Shown piece by piece: positions 21,910-24,000 of a stretch of 24,000 bases of DNA. Made by a program: the position numbers and the translations under genes. Source of the stretch: Vibrio phage VH1_2019; the sequence record MN794232.1, one strand, 5' to 3'. The first letter of the stretch is position 1; each line of letters begins with the position of its first letter. Below the pieces are notes generated by a model. That model saw nothing but the letters and a program-made list of their open reading frames with translations, ran no database searches and was not told the DNA's origin.

Positions 21910-23049
21910 ATGGGATTTTTAAGTTACGTCGGTCTTAGCGGAAAACAAAGTGATACTCTTGATCGTGTACTGTCTTTTGATGGAGGCGTTGAAAGTAGTA
22001 CAACTGAGATTACCCAAGACACAGATCAGGGCAGAGTTAGCACGTCTAATATAGTTGCACTGACATATCCGCCCAATCTTGGCGCGAGATCTGGACACTC
22101 GAACTTTTTTATTTTTCGAGCGTATGACTTGGCTAGCACAACAAAGCAACATTACACTGACATGCGGCAGTCATTCACGGCATCATCGAAAGAATCTAAG
22201 CAGGCGTCTGAAATTCCTAGTGAGTTGATGGCGACTATGGCTCTTTACGCGCCAAACTTAGTTGAAGAAGTTTCGCATGAATATGACAAAACACCGACTT
22301 CAGTTTTGAATGACTTCTTAGCCGCTGCCGCTACAGCAGCCGGTGCAGATACTGTTTCTCAGGGTGTAGAAGCGGGTAAGAAAGCCGTATCAACCGCAGC
22401 CGGTGCTACGTTAGCACAGATCAAGCGTTCGTTCATTCAATCAAATGCTGCCGGTCAGCTTGAGAAGAACAGCAGCGTAGTTACGGATAACGTTACTGTA
22501 ACTGCGTACAAAGGGACCGCTCAACGTCAGCAAACATTGATGTATCAATTTCACCCGAAATCACTAGATGAACTGAAGATCGTCGGTGAGGTCATCAAAA
22601 CATTCTATCGACTTTCTCTACCAGTGAAAGGTCAGATTAGTTCTGATTTGCTAGATACTGGTAATGCTGCATTAGGTTCAGGGTTTTCAAATGGCTTTGC
22701 GAAGTATGCAACGCTATTGAAGACGCCGCCAGTGTGGATGATTGAAGAAGTTTCAGATGTTGACGCGACACGATACACCCCGAGATTCGTTTTCGGACCC
22801 GCGGGTATCACGTCAGTGAAATTAAACAGAACACCAGATCAGTATTGGCGCACATTTCGCGGTACAGCAGGCGACCCAGCAGGCATTGAACTTGAAGTAA
22901 CATTCACTGAGCTTATCCCTATGGATCGTGCAATGTACGAGCGAGATCAAGCAAGTAGCATTCGTGGTTACGACAACGGTACCACTACTGCAAGTGGTAA
23001 CAGTAATGATTCTGGTTCATTCTTTGGTGATATTGGGAGTTTATTCTAA
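21910..23049 (+). CDS. 48: baseplate tail tube cap, gp48-like
   Basis: 379 aa; VALTYPPNLG, PMDRAMYERDQASSIRGYDNGTT; followed by a gp53-like gene. Confidence 0.78.
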   Translation: MGFLSYVGLSGKQSDTLDRVLSFDGGVESSTTEITQDTDQGRVSTSNIVALTYPPNLGARSGHSNFFIFRAYDLASTTKQHYTDMRQSFTASSKESKQASEIPSELMATMALYAPNLVEEVSHEYDKTPTSVLNDFLAAAATAAGADTVSQGVEAGKKAVSTAAGATLAQIKRSFIQSNAAGQLEKNSSVVTDNVTVTAYKGTAQRQQTLMYQFHPKSLDELKIVGEVIKTFYRLSLPVKGQISSDLLDTGNAALGSGFSNGFAKYATLLKTPPVWMIEEVSDVDATRYTPRFVFGPAGITSVKLNRTPDQYWRTFRGTAGDPAGIELEVTFTELIPMDRAMYERDQASSIRGYDNGTTTASGNSNDSGSFFGDIGSLF

Positions 23050-23627
23050 TGATTTTCGCGATATTTGACAAGACTGAATATCTTGGTGTTGAGACTGCGA
23101 ATATTTTCAAGAATTTGAATTATTATCATAAGCAGATCATCCCATCATTCACGACTATTCAGTACAAAATCAGGGGCGACTATCGCCCCGAACAGATTGC
23201 ATATGAACTGTATGGCGATACGTCGTTATACTGGTTGATTATGCTTCTAAACGAACGAGTTGACCCTTTTTATGATTGGGTTCAGCCCAACGAATCAGTT
23301 TCTGAGAACGCTATTTATCGTTATCAGTTTATTGGCGGCAACGAGCAAGTTCATCATCACGTAGATGAGCAAGGTCGATGGTGGTATGACGTGGTCGAAG
23401 ACCCAGAAAATCCTCGAAATTGGTACAATAAATTCGATTGGGAAAACAACGCGCCTGAAGAAGGGCAGGAAGATTATCGTGAGCTTCTATATCACGGCGT
23501 GATGATCCCTGTTTCCGTTGACGAATATGAATTCAACCGAAACGAAGAAAATCGCGTAATCAATGTACTATCGAGGGATGATGTTAGTACATACATTAGC
23601 ACATTCATGAAATTAGCAGGGGTATAA
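23049..23627 (+). CDS. 53: baseplate wedge subunit gp53
   Basis: IQYKIRGDYRPEQIAYELYGDTSLYWLIMLLNERVDPFYDW is characteristic of gp53. Confidence 0.9.
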   Translation: MIFAIFDKTEYLGVETANIFKNLNYYHKQIIPSFTTIQYKIRGDYRPEQIAYELYGDTSLYWLIMLLNERVDPFYDWVQPNESVSENAIYRYQFIGGNEQVHHHVDEQGRWWYDVVEDPENPRNWYNKFDWENNAPEEGQEDYRELLYHGVMIPVSVDEYEFNRNEENRVINVLSRDDVSTYISTFMKLAGV

Positions 23628-23628
23628 C

Positions 23629-24000
23629 ATGTTTGAAATGCGCTCCGCTAACCCAATTGAGAACTTTGTGGTTAGCAAGATTCACATACGCGGTCTTGAT
23701 TTTGCAGCGTCGGTGGAGAATGAAATCACACACATGGAAATTTATGAATCGCTTAACGGGTTGGTTTCTGGCATGTTCATGTTCAAGGATTCGGTTGGCG
23801 TCGTTGACACAATTCGAATGACTGGATTTGAAGCAATTGACGTTGAATTTGCGTCGTATGTCGGGGAGCAAGCAAATCGAGTCTATCAAAAATCATTTCG
23901 TGCAACGGGTATTTCTAGAATGCCCGCACGTACTGGTGGTTTTGAGACTGTATTGGTGCGTTTCACAAATAACTTACTGACTCTTAACGATTACGTTAAA
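23629..24000 (+). CDS. baseplate hub, gp27-like, partial at window edge
   Basis: MFEMRSANPIENFVVSKIHIRGLDF...ITHMEIYESLNGLVSGMFMFKDSVG resembles the start of T4 gp27. Confidence 0.5.
   Translation, partial: MFEMRSANPIENFVVSKIHIRGLDFAASVENEITHMEIYESLNGLVSGMFMFKDSVGVVDTIRMTGFEAIDVEFASYVGEQANRVYQKSFRATGISRMPARTGGFETVLVRFTNNLLTLNDYVK

Overview
This 24-kb window comes from a T4-like myovirus. Recognised late and structural genes include a gp4-like head-completion nuclease, a gp26-like baseplate protein, gp48- and gp53-like proteins, a gp27-like baseplate hub start, a gp57A-like chaperone, gene-1 dNMP kinase and a gp57B/Acb1-like 2H phosphoesterase. The centre (about 5.4-14.3 kb, minus strand) is a very dense tRNA array. 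I could fold 28 contiguous canonical tRNAs by hand, and together their anticodons cover all 20 amino acids. An HNH endonuclease gene is embedded in the array. The most unusual signal is a set of at least four, probably five, tRNA genes (11815-11930, 13481-13600, 13731-13853, 14123-14245, and more tentatively 10815-10939). Their acceptor and T arms are perfectly or almost perfectly paired, but a 41-50 nt insert interrupts the anticodon arm. In four of five it sits exactly between tRNA positions 28 and 29. The inserts share a small hairpin with a GNNA tetraloop followed by a GCAA/GCAC-type motif. Further oddities are a 240-nt RNA with tRNA-like ends (12471-12710), a 111-nt structure closed by a 12-bp inverted repeat around a T-arm (13606-13716), a 45-nt tRNA minihelix (2391-2435), three leucine-anticodon tRNAs with short class I variable loops, tandem duplicated promoters firing into the array, and two proteins that may act on cyclic phosphates (a cREC-like protein and an Acb1-like protein). 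All assignments are from reading the sequence. No searches or folding programs were run.
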